DNA from: the human T2T-CHM13v2.0 reference genome, Homo sapiens
Assembly: GCF_009914755.1 (NCBI RefSeq)
Contig: NC_060937.1
DNA length: 64,000 bases
Reading direction: 5' to 3' (one strand)
Shown here: in pieces, positions 1-12,690 of the stretch
Layout of the letters: each line of letters starts with the position of its first letter
Position numbering within the stretch: the stretch's first letter is position 1
Made by a program: the position numbers and the translations under genes
The notes under the pieces: generated by a model
What the model saw: only the letters and a program-made list of their open reading frames with translations
What the model was told of the DNA's origin: nothing
The model's database searches: none

Positions 1-825
1 ATTCATCTTAATTAAGGAAACTATGGAAAATTCTGCTCACAGTCCTTTGTGTTCGAGTTAGGAGTGAGACAGCATTATCAGACATTTACTTATGGGAACA
101 TAATGACTCTTCAGGCTTAGTAAGATAATGGAGAAAACTACACTTAAGTTTCAAGATCACTGTACTACAGACTAGCTATATGACTTTCTGCAAGGCATTC
201 ACAATTTGTGCCCTACATTCTATACACGAAATGATGGATAAACTGTATATGAAACTTGGTAAGTAATGCCTGAATATGATTTTCTTATTTTTATAAAGAA
301 TATAAATAAAGAGCTCTCTTCTTCACTACTTAATATTATAGGAGAATAAAAGTCTACAAACTTTATGTAATACCTGCTGTGTACCAAGCAATGAATATGC
401 TGATATTTCACATTTGTTAAAAGTTAAATTCCAAGTCTATCCTAAATTTGCTAAAAAAACCCTGAATGTGATGCTTTTGTTTGAGAAAGTTGCATTCCCA
501 AACAACGATGTACACATTTATGAGGTTTTCAATAAGGTTTTTCTTTCATTCTGCCTTTGGCAAACTAAGGACAAAAAAAAAACAAAACAATGTGCATGCA
601 CGTAAACATACAATTAAATATGTGCAGTTTTAAGAGCTGTGATTTGTTTTATAATTTATATGTTCTTATAATATAATACAGATTATTATAATGGCATAGA
701 CTTCTCAGCTATGCTGATATTGAATGGTTTGTTGTTACCCTTATTTTGAATATTCCCACAGAGGAAAATAAAAGGTTGATAATAAATAAATATATTTTAG
801 TTGTCTTCTACCTTTTCTTCCTTGA

Positions 826-932
826 TTCATTCATTATTACACTTATTTATTTAGAACCCATCACAGTTCCACATGACTGGATAAAGCAGTGAACAACAAC
901 AAAACAGTTTTCATGAAGCTAACATTCTAATA
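826..932 (-). mobile_element. L2 LINE 3' tail fragment
   Basis: ATTCATTCATT...ATTTATTTAGAACCCA...GCAGTGAACAA...CATGAAGCTAACATTCTA resembles the reverse complement of the L2 3' end. The element appears to resume near 2860. Confidence 0.6.
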
Positions 933-937
933 TGATA

Positions 938-1600
938 CTAAGTTCAAGTAATGCTAGTTCCTGTAATGGATAAATCCAAAATGGGTTAAACAAATGAAAG
1001 TTTATTTCTTGTTTATGTCACCATACAATGAACTTAACACCTAGATGGCCGATGAAGAAAGAGAACATGAGAAACCACAGCAGTCTCTTAGCTGCTTCGG
1101 GTAGAAAAGGGAAAATCACTTTTTCTTACATCCAGCGATGAGAACAAGTTTCAGAGCACCACTTAGGACTACGGGGAAATGTCACTTCTGACTTCACAAC
1201 TGCTTCTACGCAAAATTACACCCTGTAGAGAGAAATACAGACTCATATCGTCAGCTAACTGTTATTACAACCGTCCCCCATGTCAAGGAACAAATACCTC
1301 TTTCACTTTTCTTCTCATATAACATCGTGTCCTCTCCCCAAAGATGACAACTCAAATCTTCTCTAATAACTGTATCCAATTTAAAGTCCAGGTCATGAAG
1401 AGTCATCTCCACAAGATCTGGATGTGGTTCTCTCAAGGAGGCAAACTGTAAGCTAAAACAGATAAATGTCTGCCCCTCCAACTCTGAATCTATAGGAGTA
1501 GAGCCGGGAAAATTAACCGTGGTTAAAACTAACGCAAGCAGGAGCAACATGACACTTGAAGAAAGAATCGGGGCCACGCAACACTTAGTACTTCATAACA
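938..1600. mobile_element. Old ERVL/MaLR-type LTR (LTR33/MLT1-like) plus MaLR-internal-like relic
   Basis: GCTAGTTCCTGTAA...GGTTAAACAAATGAAAGTTTATTTCTTG is LTR33/MLT1-like. CCAATTTAAAGTCCAGG...CTGTAAGCTAAAA...TCTGCCCC resembles MLT-int. The sequence is highly diverged and the ends are approximate. Confidence 0.4.
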
Positions 1601-2002
1601 ACGATGCAGTCAGTTGCATGACATTGCGAAGATGACAGTTCTCCTATTTAGGCTAGATACTATTTTTTATTTTTGGTAGAAACTCCCTTATCCCCTTTAC
1701 CTCGATATTCTTTGTTCTGCTATGCAGACAAGAGACAATTCTCCTTTGTGCTTTATTCTCCTTGGCAACATCTGAAGTCGAAGTAGGAACGTGTGCCTTT
1801 AGGAGGTGATGTAAACGTTTGCAGTCAGCTTTTAGCCTTTGCAAGTTTAATACTAGAGAGCTGTTTTATTCATGCTCAAAAATCAAAGGTTTATTTTTTA
1901 CTAGGAAAAAAAGAGATAACTAGCATTCCACTTTCCAACATATTTCCTTAGACGTATGGCTTCAGAGAGTACATACTCAGCCTTAAATGTTGTGTCAGAA
2001 AT

Positions 2003-2331
2003 TGTTGCAAGACTCTTCCTTAGTTCAGCTAAAAACGGGGTTCGTTGTTTCCTAGCCACGTAAATTCAGGCTCTCAGACATTTAAAGGGTGAGTGAAGCA
2101 GGATTTTATTGGGTGGAAAAGGGAAACATGGGGGAAACAAGGACTCTCCCATGGCCATAGTCCCTCCACTAGGGCATTTCCCACTCTGTAGTTTGAATCC
2201 CAGGTTCCACATAGGAAGAGGAGGAGCTAGGCTCCTCCCCGCTGCGAACAGCATGAATTTCCCAAGGCTCCACCCCAGTGGGCAGGCTGGTTGGAGTTTC
2301 TCTAGGGACCCCCTCCCACCTCGCTGTCTCA
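2003..2331 (-). mobile_element. MER61-family solo LTR (ERV1)
   Basis: The minus strand starts TGAGACAGCGAGGTGGGAGGGGGTCCC and ends ...CAACA. A 4-bp TSD AAAT lies at 1999-2002 and 2332-2335. Confidence 0.85.
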
Positions 2332-2859
2332 AAATGATTTTGTTTTATTTTCTATGCTGCCTACTAAGCCAATGACCTAGCTAACCTCTACTTAAAAAAA
2401 CACGTTTCATTATAATTTTAGGTAATTCTAGGTGTAGTAACATACAAACTCTGAAATCTCGGCAACTTATAATTAACCTTTATTTTGTTCTTATGTCACC
2501 ATCTACCAGAAATTCTCCTCATCAAGTGTCCTTCCTCCTGCCTATTTAAAAATACATAATTCCTTCATATTGTGAATCAGCGAGGCCTCAGAGTCCTCTT
2601 CATTAAATGACAGGTAGGAAAAATGCCTCTTGGGAGAGTACATGTGATTGTTAACTCAGAAGAAACACAGCACTTATTCTAAAATTTCCTTTGCTACTAG
2701 TAATCCTGTGGCTCCATTAAGATAGAATATGAAATTAGGAATGTAATCACATGCTCACATCCTCTTTCCAAGAACTGTCTTATTTAATTAGAATGAAGTT
2801 TGTGTGTTTGAACAATTAGTTGCTTGATGCATGAGGAAAGACTCAAAAATTAAAAATAA

Positions 2860-3270
2860 AACTGGTGACACAATGTATCAAGTCATGGTATGTCCTATGA
2901 AGCAAAATAAAGCTGGTCAAATGGATAGTAAGTGATAATGAGGTGCAAGGACTGTTATTTTATGTGATAGGGTATAGAAACATGAAGGAATTCAGGAAGA
3001 AAGCGATCCATTTGGGTACTTGGGGAAATGACTTCCAGACAGAGATAACAGCTATTTCAAAAGCTTTAGGCAAGACATACTTAGAATTGTGCAGGACAAA
3101 TAAGGACAGTGTACCAACGAAGTATGAAAAAAATTGATGTCAGAGAAGTATCTAGGTCTGTCAAATGTAGTATCTTGTAAGCCATGTTAATAATTTTGGA
3201 ATTTGCTATGAGTGAAGTGGGAAGTTATCAGATGACTTTTATGCAAAAAAGTAATATGATCTTTTGAAGA
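2860..3270 (-). mobile_element. L2a fragment
   Basis: L2-like motifs GGGGAAATGACTTCCAGACAGAG, CTTGTAAGCCATGTTAA...TTTGGAATTT and GTGGGAAGTTATCAGA. Confidence 0.65.
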
Positions 3271-3289
3271 AAGTTACAAAAATCATATT

Positions 3290-4385
3290 TCAAGAACCTA
3301 TATTTCTTTCATGCAAGTTTCCCCAATGTTTGCATCTTATATAATAATAGCACACTTACTAAAACTAGAAAATTAACACTAATACAATATTATTAAGTGA
3401 TTCACAGACCTTATTCAAATTTTAACAGTTGCCCCAGTACTGTCCTTTTTCTGACCCAGGATCTGTCCAGGATTGTCCATTACAGTTAGTTTTCATGCCT
3501 CCTTAGCTTCCTTCAATTTTGAACAGTCCTTCAATTTTACTTGTCTTCTATGACCTTGACACTCTTGAAAAGTAGTGGTTATTTTGTCGACTGTACCTTG
3601 GTGTGAATCTCAAATTAGACTGACTTTGTGCAGTTTTGGCAGGAATAAGAGAAGTGATGTTTTTCTCTTCCCAGGATATTATATCAGTAAGTAAATAATG
3701 TTGACATGTCTCCTTCCTAGAAATATTAACTTAGAACATTTTGTTGAGATGGTATTTGTCAGAATTCTCTACTGTAGACTTCTGTTTTTTCATTTGTAAT
3801 TTATCACTATCTTGTGGAAAGAATTTTTGTCACTAAGAAAATATCCTGTTTATTATAATATTTTTGCCCACCTGGTTTAACATTCCTTAATTACTCTTGG
3901 CTGCAATAATTCTTAATGTGGTGTTTGCCAAGTAGGGATTTTTCTATGTCTACCATTCCTTTTATATTCATTGTTTTGAATTCTACTCTAAAGAATAACT
4001 CTTTTTTTTGCATTAATTCACTTTCCTGATTATTTATATCTTTATGTGGTTATGGATATTTATTTTATATTTTATGTGTTTTATTCCATTAGCAACACTG
4101 CTTTTTTTATTGCTCAAAATAACTTTGACTCGGTCATTGGGAGTTCTTTCATAGTGACTCCTGTAATCTTTTGATGCCCTCCTATCTTTTATTTTATTTT
4201 ATTTTATTTTATTTTTTTGAGCAATTCATTACTTTCTGGCACTACAAGATATTACAGGCTCACCTTACACTTTCCTGGCCACAGTCGCAGAGTTAAGAAT
4301 TTTTCCAAGAGGCTTGTTTTGTTTTGCTGGGGAATGGTATTTAGAAACCAGTATATAGATGCTAGATGTTCTCACTGCCAGGATG
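3290..4385 (-). mobile_element. Old L1 3' region (L1MC4/5-like)
   Basis: L1MC-type motifs GAAAATTAACACTAATACAAT, GACCTTGACACTCTTGAA, GGCACTACAAGAT and GAATGGTATTTAGAAACCA. Confidence 0.7.
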
Positions 4386-4525
4386 TTTTTATTTTTTATT
4401 TTTTTGTAGTTGGAGTGGGAGTCTATGTTGCCCAGCCTAATCTCAAATTCCTGGGCTCAAGTGGTCCTCCACCTCTGCCTCGCACATGGCTGGGAGTACA
4501 GGGAGGGGCCACCTCACCAGGCTCA
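4386..4525 (-). mobile_element. FLAM/AluJ-type monomer
   Basis: A T-rich tail is followed by CTATGTTGCCCAG...TCCTGGGCTCAAGTGGTCCTCC...GCTGGGAGTACAGG. Confidence 0.8.
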
Positions 4526-4553
4526 GCATGTTAACTCTCAGAGTTAGAAAACA

Positions 4554-4554
<1 letters not shown>

Positions 4555-4603
<49 letters not shown>
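4555..4603. repeat. (AC)24 microsatellite
   Basis: Uninterrupted AC run. Confidence 0.98.
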
Positions 4604-4607
<4 letters not shown>

Positions 4608-4629
4608 TTTTTTTCAATTTCCAAATCTA

Positions 4630-4878
<249 letters not shown>

Positions 4879-5899
4879 TTAGTAAGCACAGCATATGATG
4901 TGATTCATGATAACAGAAGATAATTCTAATGTAAAAAGAGGATTAGAGTTAGAATCTGTAGAGATGTGAGATTCTAAATATCTGAAGGGCAAAAACAAAA
5001 TAAATAAGGAGAAAAATAGTCAAGGAAGGGTGGGAGGGCTGAAGCACATAGTTGCCTCTTTTTTAAAAAAACATTTTACATTAATATTATGTCCCAAACT
5101 CATAATCTTTCCTTCCCATAGCAAGAAGGAAAATAGGAAATACTTCAGGGTAAAGATGAGTGAACCTCCAGAAATAAATGTCTAGGGCTGTTTTTCTCAT
5201 TTTGAGTAAAAGCTTAATTACTGACCTTGTATTGGAAAAATAGTTCAAATGTCTTATCCTAAGTAGAAATGCCTTTGTGGTGTAAAGCCTAGCTCAGGAG
5301 TGATAGAGAGCTTTTAATCAAATTACACACAAAAAACAGCTGGGACAAATCTTATGAATCATGACTGTGCATGTCCCAGCTGAGCTCTCTACTTGAGCTC
5401 TAGAAGATGAAAAAGAGAACACAAGTCAACAATGCACAGACCTCTAAACACTTCTTGGGCTGCAGGTAGATAGTCCCATAACTAAACCTCAAAAAAGTAC
5501 AATTTATTCACATCGTACTTGGGTTCAGTGAAATGAGTTTACTAAATATATATGACACAAATAATCTACATAGTTACTTTTCAAAAAGAAAAACAATAAA
5601 GGAATTTTTTTAAGTTCCAATAAAAAAATTCATTAAAGGAGAAAAATTATCCAGGGAGTATAATTTTTCACAACAAATGCAGTTTTCTAAATGAAAAAGA
5701 GATTATTAAAGGAAAAAAAAATCAGACACACAATTTTAAGTGTGTGCTTAGTGAGGTATAGCATGATATTTCTAAGCTTGATAAACATGAAGAAAATTTT
5801 TTAAAGAAATATAACAAGAAGGAAATGTTTACGTTGCATATCTAATTTTTAATTATTGTTTTTTATTTTTAGATGATAACTTAGAAAATTTAGATCATG

Positions 5900-6330
5900 T
5901 AAAGAATAAGCAAAGTGGTAGATTCATAGGACTATTCATGCACTATTCTAGGAAAACACTCAAAGAAAATCCTTACACAGGCCAAGCATAGGTATAATGA
6001 TCTTTGCAGTGATTTTAGTAACAGAGATTTGAAGGCAGACTATATTCTATTAGTATAGGAATGGATTGACATATAGCAGTCTGGCAAATTGTGGAATCCT
6101 ATATCAACAACAACAACAAAAATGACACTTGTCTCCAACTTGAATAAGACTTTTAAAATTTAAAAAGACTTATAGTACAAAAACATTCAAATTAAATAAT
6201 TAACAAAGAAACATATACAACAGCAAATGCATATATCTATATTTAAGAAATACATACTGATCTATGATCACGTTTTAAATGTTTCAGGGTGGATGCTGGT
6301 GTGGAAGAGCACGTAATGGGAAGTAGGAAT
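5900..6330 (+). mobile_element. L1ME-like 3' fragment
   Basis: Degenerate L1 3' motifs (CACTATTCTAGGAA, GCAGTGATTTTAGTAACAG, AGTATAGGAATGGATT). Confidence 0.45.
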
Positions 6331-6593
6331 GAAAGATTAAGCCATATTAAAATAATTATTTTTCTTTCAACAGGTCAATAAGGCAATTGTGCTGTGACCT
6401 GATGAGTTGATTACCTTAGTACTGTACAGCAGACACGCAAAAGAAAAAAAAAGGATATTTATATAAGATAGATGCAATTCCTTTATGTTTGATGAAATAA
6501 GCGCTCCAAGGCTATTGTTGTTTAAGTGCCTATTTACCCTTTGTATTTTCAACAAACATTGATGATTTCACAAGCCCTGGCCCTGATTCTCAT

Positions 6594-6626
<33 letters not shown>

Positions 6627-6638
6627 ATACACACACAC
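6594..6638. repeat. Interrupted (CA)n microsatellite
   Basis: CA run with CG/TA interruptions. Confidence 0.95.
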
Positions 6639-7014
6639 CCCCTAATAACTACATACAAAGTGTTTTGGCATTTTTTTCTCAAAACATTATTAACATCCAG
6701 AATCAAAAGTTTAGTTGCTGATGTAACTATAAATTTGCATCTTAATATAGTTTTGTTTTTTGTGGGTTCTATATTATTTGTGAGATAAATTGAAATGGAG
6801 TCATAGACTATTTTGCTAATTATATTTGCAATTTTGTGACATAGCAGATTATTTATTCAAAAATGTTAAATCTCTAGAAGCTACTTCCATCTCTTGGTTA
6901 TTTTTAACTTGATTATTCCCTAGTTGTTATTATTTTTTCCTCATGATAAATAATCTTGAAATTTCACCTATGTTCGTATCAAAAGAACAATCATAAAGGA
7001 ATGCTCCAATAGTC

Positions 7015-7377
7015 ACAACCAGACACATTTCCATCTCAGCGTTTTTGTATTTGCCGTTCTGTCTGTTTAGCACTGTTTTCCCAGATAGTCATGTGGCTCA
7101 CTCACCTCTCCTTCAAGTCCTTGCTTACATGAATGTTCTCAGCAATGCTTTCCCTGACCATCTCAAGCAAAATTAACCTACCTCAGAGCTCTATTCCCCT
7201 TATCTATATTTGTTCACTTGTGTTTGCTTATTTGTTCACGTATATTTTTCTGTCATATTTTAGTGCAAGCAAGCTCCTTGAAGGCAAAGATTTTTATGAC
7301 ATTTTTCCCTTAAATCTCCAAATCCTAGCATAGCTGATAAATATGAGGTGCCTAAAAGGTGCTGAGGGAATGAATAA
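7015..7377 (+). mobile_element. L2a 3' end
   Basis: GTGGCTCACTCACCTCTCCTTCAAGTC...TTCCCTGACCA...AAGCTCCTTGAAGGCA...GAATGAAT. Confidence 0.8.
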
Positions 7378-8675
7378 AAGCTGTTTTGTAAAGTAATAAT
7401 AATAACAATGAACACCATCTTGTTTAGAAACATACACTTAAAAGTTCTTGGGTTATTTATTCCTTTGCAAGGATTTGCTCATTTATATTTCTGCCTCTTG
7501 GGAATTGTCTTAGCTTTTATAATATAAATCAACGGGAAAATAATTTTACAACTACTTTTGCTGAAATACATTGATAATAGATGAAATAACTATACTATAC
7601 TAAATTCTCTTCTTAAAAAATACTTTTCTTGAGATATTTGACAGCACTGACCTTCGGCAATCAGTAGCATACTGCTTCAAATAAATAATGATTATGTTTG
7701 ACTTATTAAAATGTTGTAGAATCTCTGTTATACTATTTCACTATGAATTTTCTATATCTTAGGGAAAACAAAGAGGTTTAAGCTTCAAAAATTACGATTA
7801 GCATAATACCCTTCAAATCCCGGGTCACTTACATAAGCTTCCCTAAAGTTTAGCACCACTAATTAACTCCAACTTACTTTACATAGCAATCCACAAGCCC
7901 TTCACATGGAAGAAATAAAAATATGGCTCTTTTAAAGGCCAGGAAATGACATTATAGAAATGCTTTGGGAGTAATAAAAATAACTTGCAAAATAATCCTG
8001 AGAAAGTTATAACCTGTGAAAGTGTGTCATACAAAGTCCTTACTCACGTATGGGGTTTGATAAGCTTAGAGAGCTGAAGATTCGTATGCAACCTATGATC
8101 CTTAATGTACCTAAGAATTCTCTCAATTATAAAGTAAATAGGGAGTTTAAGTAGTCTGAATGACTTTTTAAAATATTTGTTACTTACTCTGGATTCTTGC
8201 AGCCTAATATAAAGGATATTTTTACAATAAATAATTGGTATAATCTTACAAAATATATGTCACCTGGATTTTGTGAAAGAGACTAATTGACGAAATAGCC
8301 TATTATAATTGCGAAGGCATCAGCCATAAAGAAAATAATGATAATTTACTACCATTATACACTCCAAAGTTCTTATCATTGGCATTTTAAATGGTAATGG
8401 TGGCATTTCTGCAAATATTCAGCAAAACAAAAACTATTTTGATTTTAAAAAGGAGATCATGTTATTCTATAAATTATGTTGGAAAACTTGTAATTGCATG
8501 CTTTCAAACTAATAAAAGACTGGAATCCATAATATAATAGGAAAGGTTTTTGGTATTTTATATGGTATAGCAATTTGATTTTTATTTTTTTAAAAAAACT
8601 TATGATGGTTGTGCTTTCATAATGGAAAAGGAACTATATTGGATCTTTCTCATTTATATGCCTGCCCTCTCCAAG

Positions 8676-9514
8676 TGAGAGGTGAAGCCAGCTGTACTTC
8701 CTGGGTTGAGTGGGGACTTGGAGAACTTTTCTATCTAGCTAAAGGTTTGTAAACGCACCAATCAAAACTCTGTAAAAGCACACCAATCAGTGCTCTGTGT
8801 CAGCTAAAGGTTTGTAAACGCACTAATCAGCACTCTGCAAAAACGGACCAATCAGCACTCTGTAAAATGGACCAATCAGCACTCTGTAAAATGGACCAAT
8901 CAGCACTCTGTAAAGTGGACCAATCGGCCAGATGTGGGTGGGGACAAATAAGGGAATATATGCTGGCCACCTCAGCCAGGGATGGCAACCCGCTGGGGTC
9001 TCCTTCCGCTGTGTGGAAGGGTTGTTTTTCTGCTCTTCGCAATAAATCTTGCTGCTGCTCATTCTTTGGGTCGCCGCCGCCTTTTATGAGTTGTAGCACT
9101 CACCGCGAAGGTCTGCAGCTTCACTCCTGAAGCCAGCTAGAGCCAGCGAGACCACGAACCCACTGGGAGGGATGAACAACTCCGGACTCGCCACCTTTAT
9201 GAACTGTTAACACTCACAGCGAAGGTCTGCAGCTTCACTCCTGAAGCCAGCGAGACCACAAACCCACTAGGAGGAATGCACAACTCCTGATGCCCTGCCT
9301 TTAAAAGCTGTAACGGTCACTGCGAAGGTCTGCGGCTTCATTCCTGAAGTCAGCGAAACCACGAACCCACCTGAAGGAAGAAACTCCGGACACATCCGAA
9401 CATCAGAAGGAACAAACTCTGGACACACCATCTTTAACTGTAACACTCACCACGAGGGTCCGCAGCTTCATTCTTAAAGTCAGCGAGACCAAGAACCCAC
9501 CAATTCCGGACACG
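8676..9514 (+). mobile_element. LTR12 (ERV9) solo LTR, short LTR12F-like type
   Basis: Starts TGAGAGGTGAAGCCAGCTG and ends CCAATTCCGGACACG (terminal CA changed to CG). A 4-bp TSD CAAG lies at 8672-8675 and 9515-9518. It has U3 CCAAT repeats, AATAAA at 9041 and four U5 repeat units. Confidence 0.95.
8758..8961 (+). promoter_or_regulatory. LTR12 U3 promoter: CCAAT (NF-Y) array plus TATA-like box
   Basis: CCAAT at 8758, 8783, 8848, 8872, 8896 and 8920, the last four at an exact 24-bp period. AATATAT at 8955-8961. NF-Y-driven LTR12 promoter activity is established for the family but not shown for this copy. Confidence 0.65.
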
Positions 9515-11432
9515 CAAGTATTCGTAACGTAATAACCTTACACATAGTTTAAAAAATCATCTCAAAGTTCCTAAGATTGTCTTTGTTTTTAAATAATCAT
9601 TAATATAATGTTTGATTTTCTTTGGAGAAAAATATAGTTTTTTAAAATGCTTATCACCTTCTTATGATTGAACACTCCCTATTCAAACCTGTTTTTGATT
9701 TTCCAAGTATCTCATTAAAAATAGTTATATATTTTATGTTGAAATGTTTTTACATATAATCAGTCATGAAATATTCATACTCAGGAGGTAACACATAAAA
9801 CTCACAACAATCAAGATTGTCAGAGGTCATTCTTATTTTTCTCTACTTCTTAGTACTTTCTAACCTCTTCACCCCAAGGGAGAGACTTATAGCATGGTGC
9901 AATTCAAGTTTGAACTTATGATTTTAAAATGGCTATTTAGTCTGGTAGTAACTGTTAATCAAGGACACAATGTTTATATGTCAGTGATGTCAAAGCAGAA
10001 CTCGCTAATATTACAGAAGCCATGCTCAAACAACAGCTGGGAGATAAGTAGTAATTGAACATACTTAAAAATCCACCCCATGTACTGAACAGATTTCAGT
10101 GTCTGCTGTGTTTAAGGTCCACTGAGTTGTGAAATGGCTGTTTCATTCACACAGATGTTAATATCTCCAGGCTCTTCTCTAGCTTTGTAGCTTCTCATTT
10201 ACATATCTGCAGTAAGTTTGGTGTTCATGAAGTGAGATACAGCTACTTGTCACTACTCTTTGTTATAATAAAGCATGTTCAAGACAAAATACGAGCGACT
10301 CCTATTTTGCTTAATTACAGCTCATTAAGGCTTAAGAAGAAAAATAATAAAGGAACATAGCAATAGGTGTTCAGTCACCAGTGCTTCATTAGTCCTTTTA
10401 CTGTTTAAATACCTGAAGCTGATGAATATAAATTACTCATACAAATGCAGTTTAAAAAGTTTTTGCTCTCTTTTTTCCTCTGTGTAAACAGTATCAAATA
10501 ATGAAATTGATTATTTGATATTATGAGAGTTAAATTTTCTTCTTGAGAGTGAAATTTTATTTTTACATGCTTAGCATATTTTTTATGTAGATATGTATGC
10601 TGAGCAGTTCCCAAGCTGTTTAAAAATCATTTGATCAAATAAAATGGAAAATGCATGGATTCTAAATCAGAGGTTAAAGAGACATAGCATAGCTAATTAT
10701 GTCTCACATTCCAAGATAACGTTACTTGTTCTGATGAGGTTGAACATACTAATGTCTAAATGCCAATACTTTCCACACAACTGGTATCTTTCAATTAAAT
10801 ATATTCTCTTGATGCACACAGCCAGTTATTTGCTACAATGACTCTACTTCAGGAAACTAAATACCTCTTGACAACAAGCTGCTCAATCCTGGAATTCATC
10901 AGGGTGCACTTTATTGTTTTCCCTTCACAGAGACTAACAAATAGTGTTACTTTTGATTTTAGTTTTGCAGAAATATACTCTGTAAGTAAATTTTATAGCT
11001 CACCTGGTACCCTGATTGGTCTTTCCATTTCCTTGAGAGCATTTTGCCAAAACGTTTTATATACTTTATTGAAATAATAATTCTTGCAAAAGTGATTTAG
11101 AAGTCCCTCATTTTGATATTGTCATTTAACGTACATTTCCAGATTCGTAAATAGTGCTCAATGAGAATGGTCTTTTATTAGGATTTGAAGAGAACATAGT
11201 AATATTTTCCCTTACATTGAGAAGTGCATAGCAAATAGAAAATTATAGTATTGCAAACATTTTTTCTAAGATATATCCAATTTTAATTGGTCATCTATGA
11301 CTGACTCTGTGTGTGTGTATTCAATATCACATTTGAGAACAGAACAATTACACTTCATTTCCTTCATAAAATTAGCAACTTACGAAATACTTTTATTCTA
11401 TTTAATGTTCGCTATTTGTTCAAGTGGGATTT

Positions 11433-12066
11433 TGATGCAGGATTTTTCTTCTCAGTCACTTTGCAAGCCAGAGTTCCCTGGCCAGCGACGTCCCGCCCCA
11501 GCCTCACTCGGCCATGCTGGCATGCCCCAGCTTGCCTGTGTTACAGCTTGTACCTGCATTCAGCAGTTTGCAAGCTCTTGTACCATGCTCGAGAAAAATG
11601 AGGATAGACAGGATATTGAAGGGCGAGAAGGGTGGAGAAGAATTTTTCTGAATGATGAAAATGGCTTTCATCAGAGAGGGGACATGGTGGGGATGTTTCC
11701 CCTACCAGAAGGTGGGAAAATTCCCCCCCTGTGGCTCTATGTGGGGCCTTTTATGGACTCAGAATGGGGAGTGTGTGCTGATTGGTTTGTGAGTATGCAA
11801 AAACGGTTAAAGAAAATATACCACTCAAAGATGGGCAGGACAGTGTAGAAAAACAAATTAGGAAAGGGTAGGTATAAGTAAAATAGGTAAAGGGTAGGGA
11901 CCAATCAGAGGAACACATGCCAAACAGGAAGACAAGTTCTCAATCCAGTCTGAGGATTTAACTTGTAGCTTGGCTTTCAGACTCTAAACTGTCTTTGGCT
12001 TAGAGGTGGGGTTTCACTCGGGACCCACCTACCTGCCTAGAATTTCTCTGCCTCCTGCCTCTATCA
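11433..12066 (-). mobile_element. LTR27/LTR28/MER52-group solo LTR (ERV1)
   Basis: The minus strand begins TGATAGAGGCAGGAGGCAGAGAAATTCTAGGCAG...GGGTCCCGAGTGAAACCCCACC and ends ...GCATCA. A 4-bp TSD ATTT lies at 11429-11432 and 12067-12070. Confidence 0.85.
11518..11537. promoter_or_regulatory. Candidate p53 response element
   Basis: TGGCATGCCC-CAGCTTGCCT is two RRRCWWGYYY half-sites with zero spacer, an 18/20 match. Confidence 0.5.
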
Positions 12067-12387
12067 ATTTCAAATGCATCTAATTAAAATATATGCATAT
12101 ATTTAAAATGCATAAACAATGCATATAAATTATTGTATTATACATTATGCAAATGTATACAAATATATATACTTAAAAGATAAGACCAAAGGCTTAAATG
12201 CACATATTTTTAAAGATGTGACAAGATTTTCCATCTGTTGGAATAATACCAAATTAATTTATATTTAGTATTTTTGCCACTAAACTACCAGTTTGTCATA
12301 GTAGGTTTCCAGCATTGGTTTACATAAAGGACAGCATAGGAATAAAATGCATTTTTCACACAATTCAGTAGACTATTTTACAGCTGA

Positions 12388-12690
<303 letters not shown>

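Noticed and set aside
2003-2331. p53 site in MER61
   Set aside because: The family is known for p53 sites, but I found no paired RRRCWWGYYY in this copy.
8823-9130. ORFs with repeated peptides (IGPFYRVL, QSADWSIL, MDQSALCK)
   Set aside because: These are translations of the 24-bp LTR12 CCAAT repeat.
8750-9500. LTR12 repeats as a CRISPR-like array
   Set aside because: The units are contiguous tandem repeats with no unique spacers, inside a eukaryotic LTR, with no cas genes.
11297-11848. Longest ORF (183 aa)
   Set aside because: Mostly the antisense strand of the LTR27-like LTR; no domain-like sequence.
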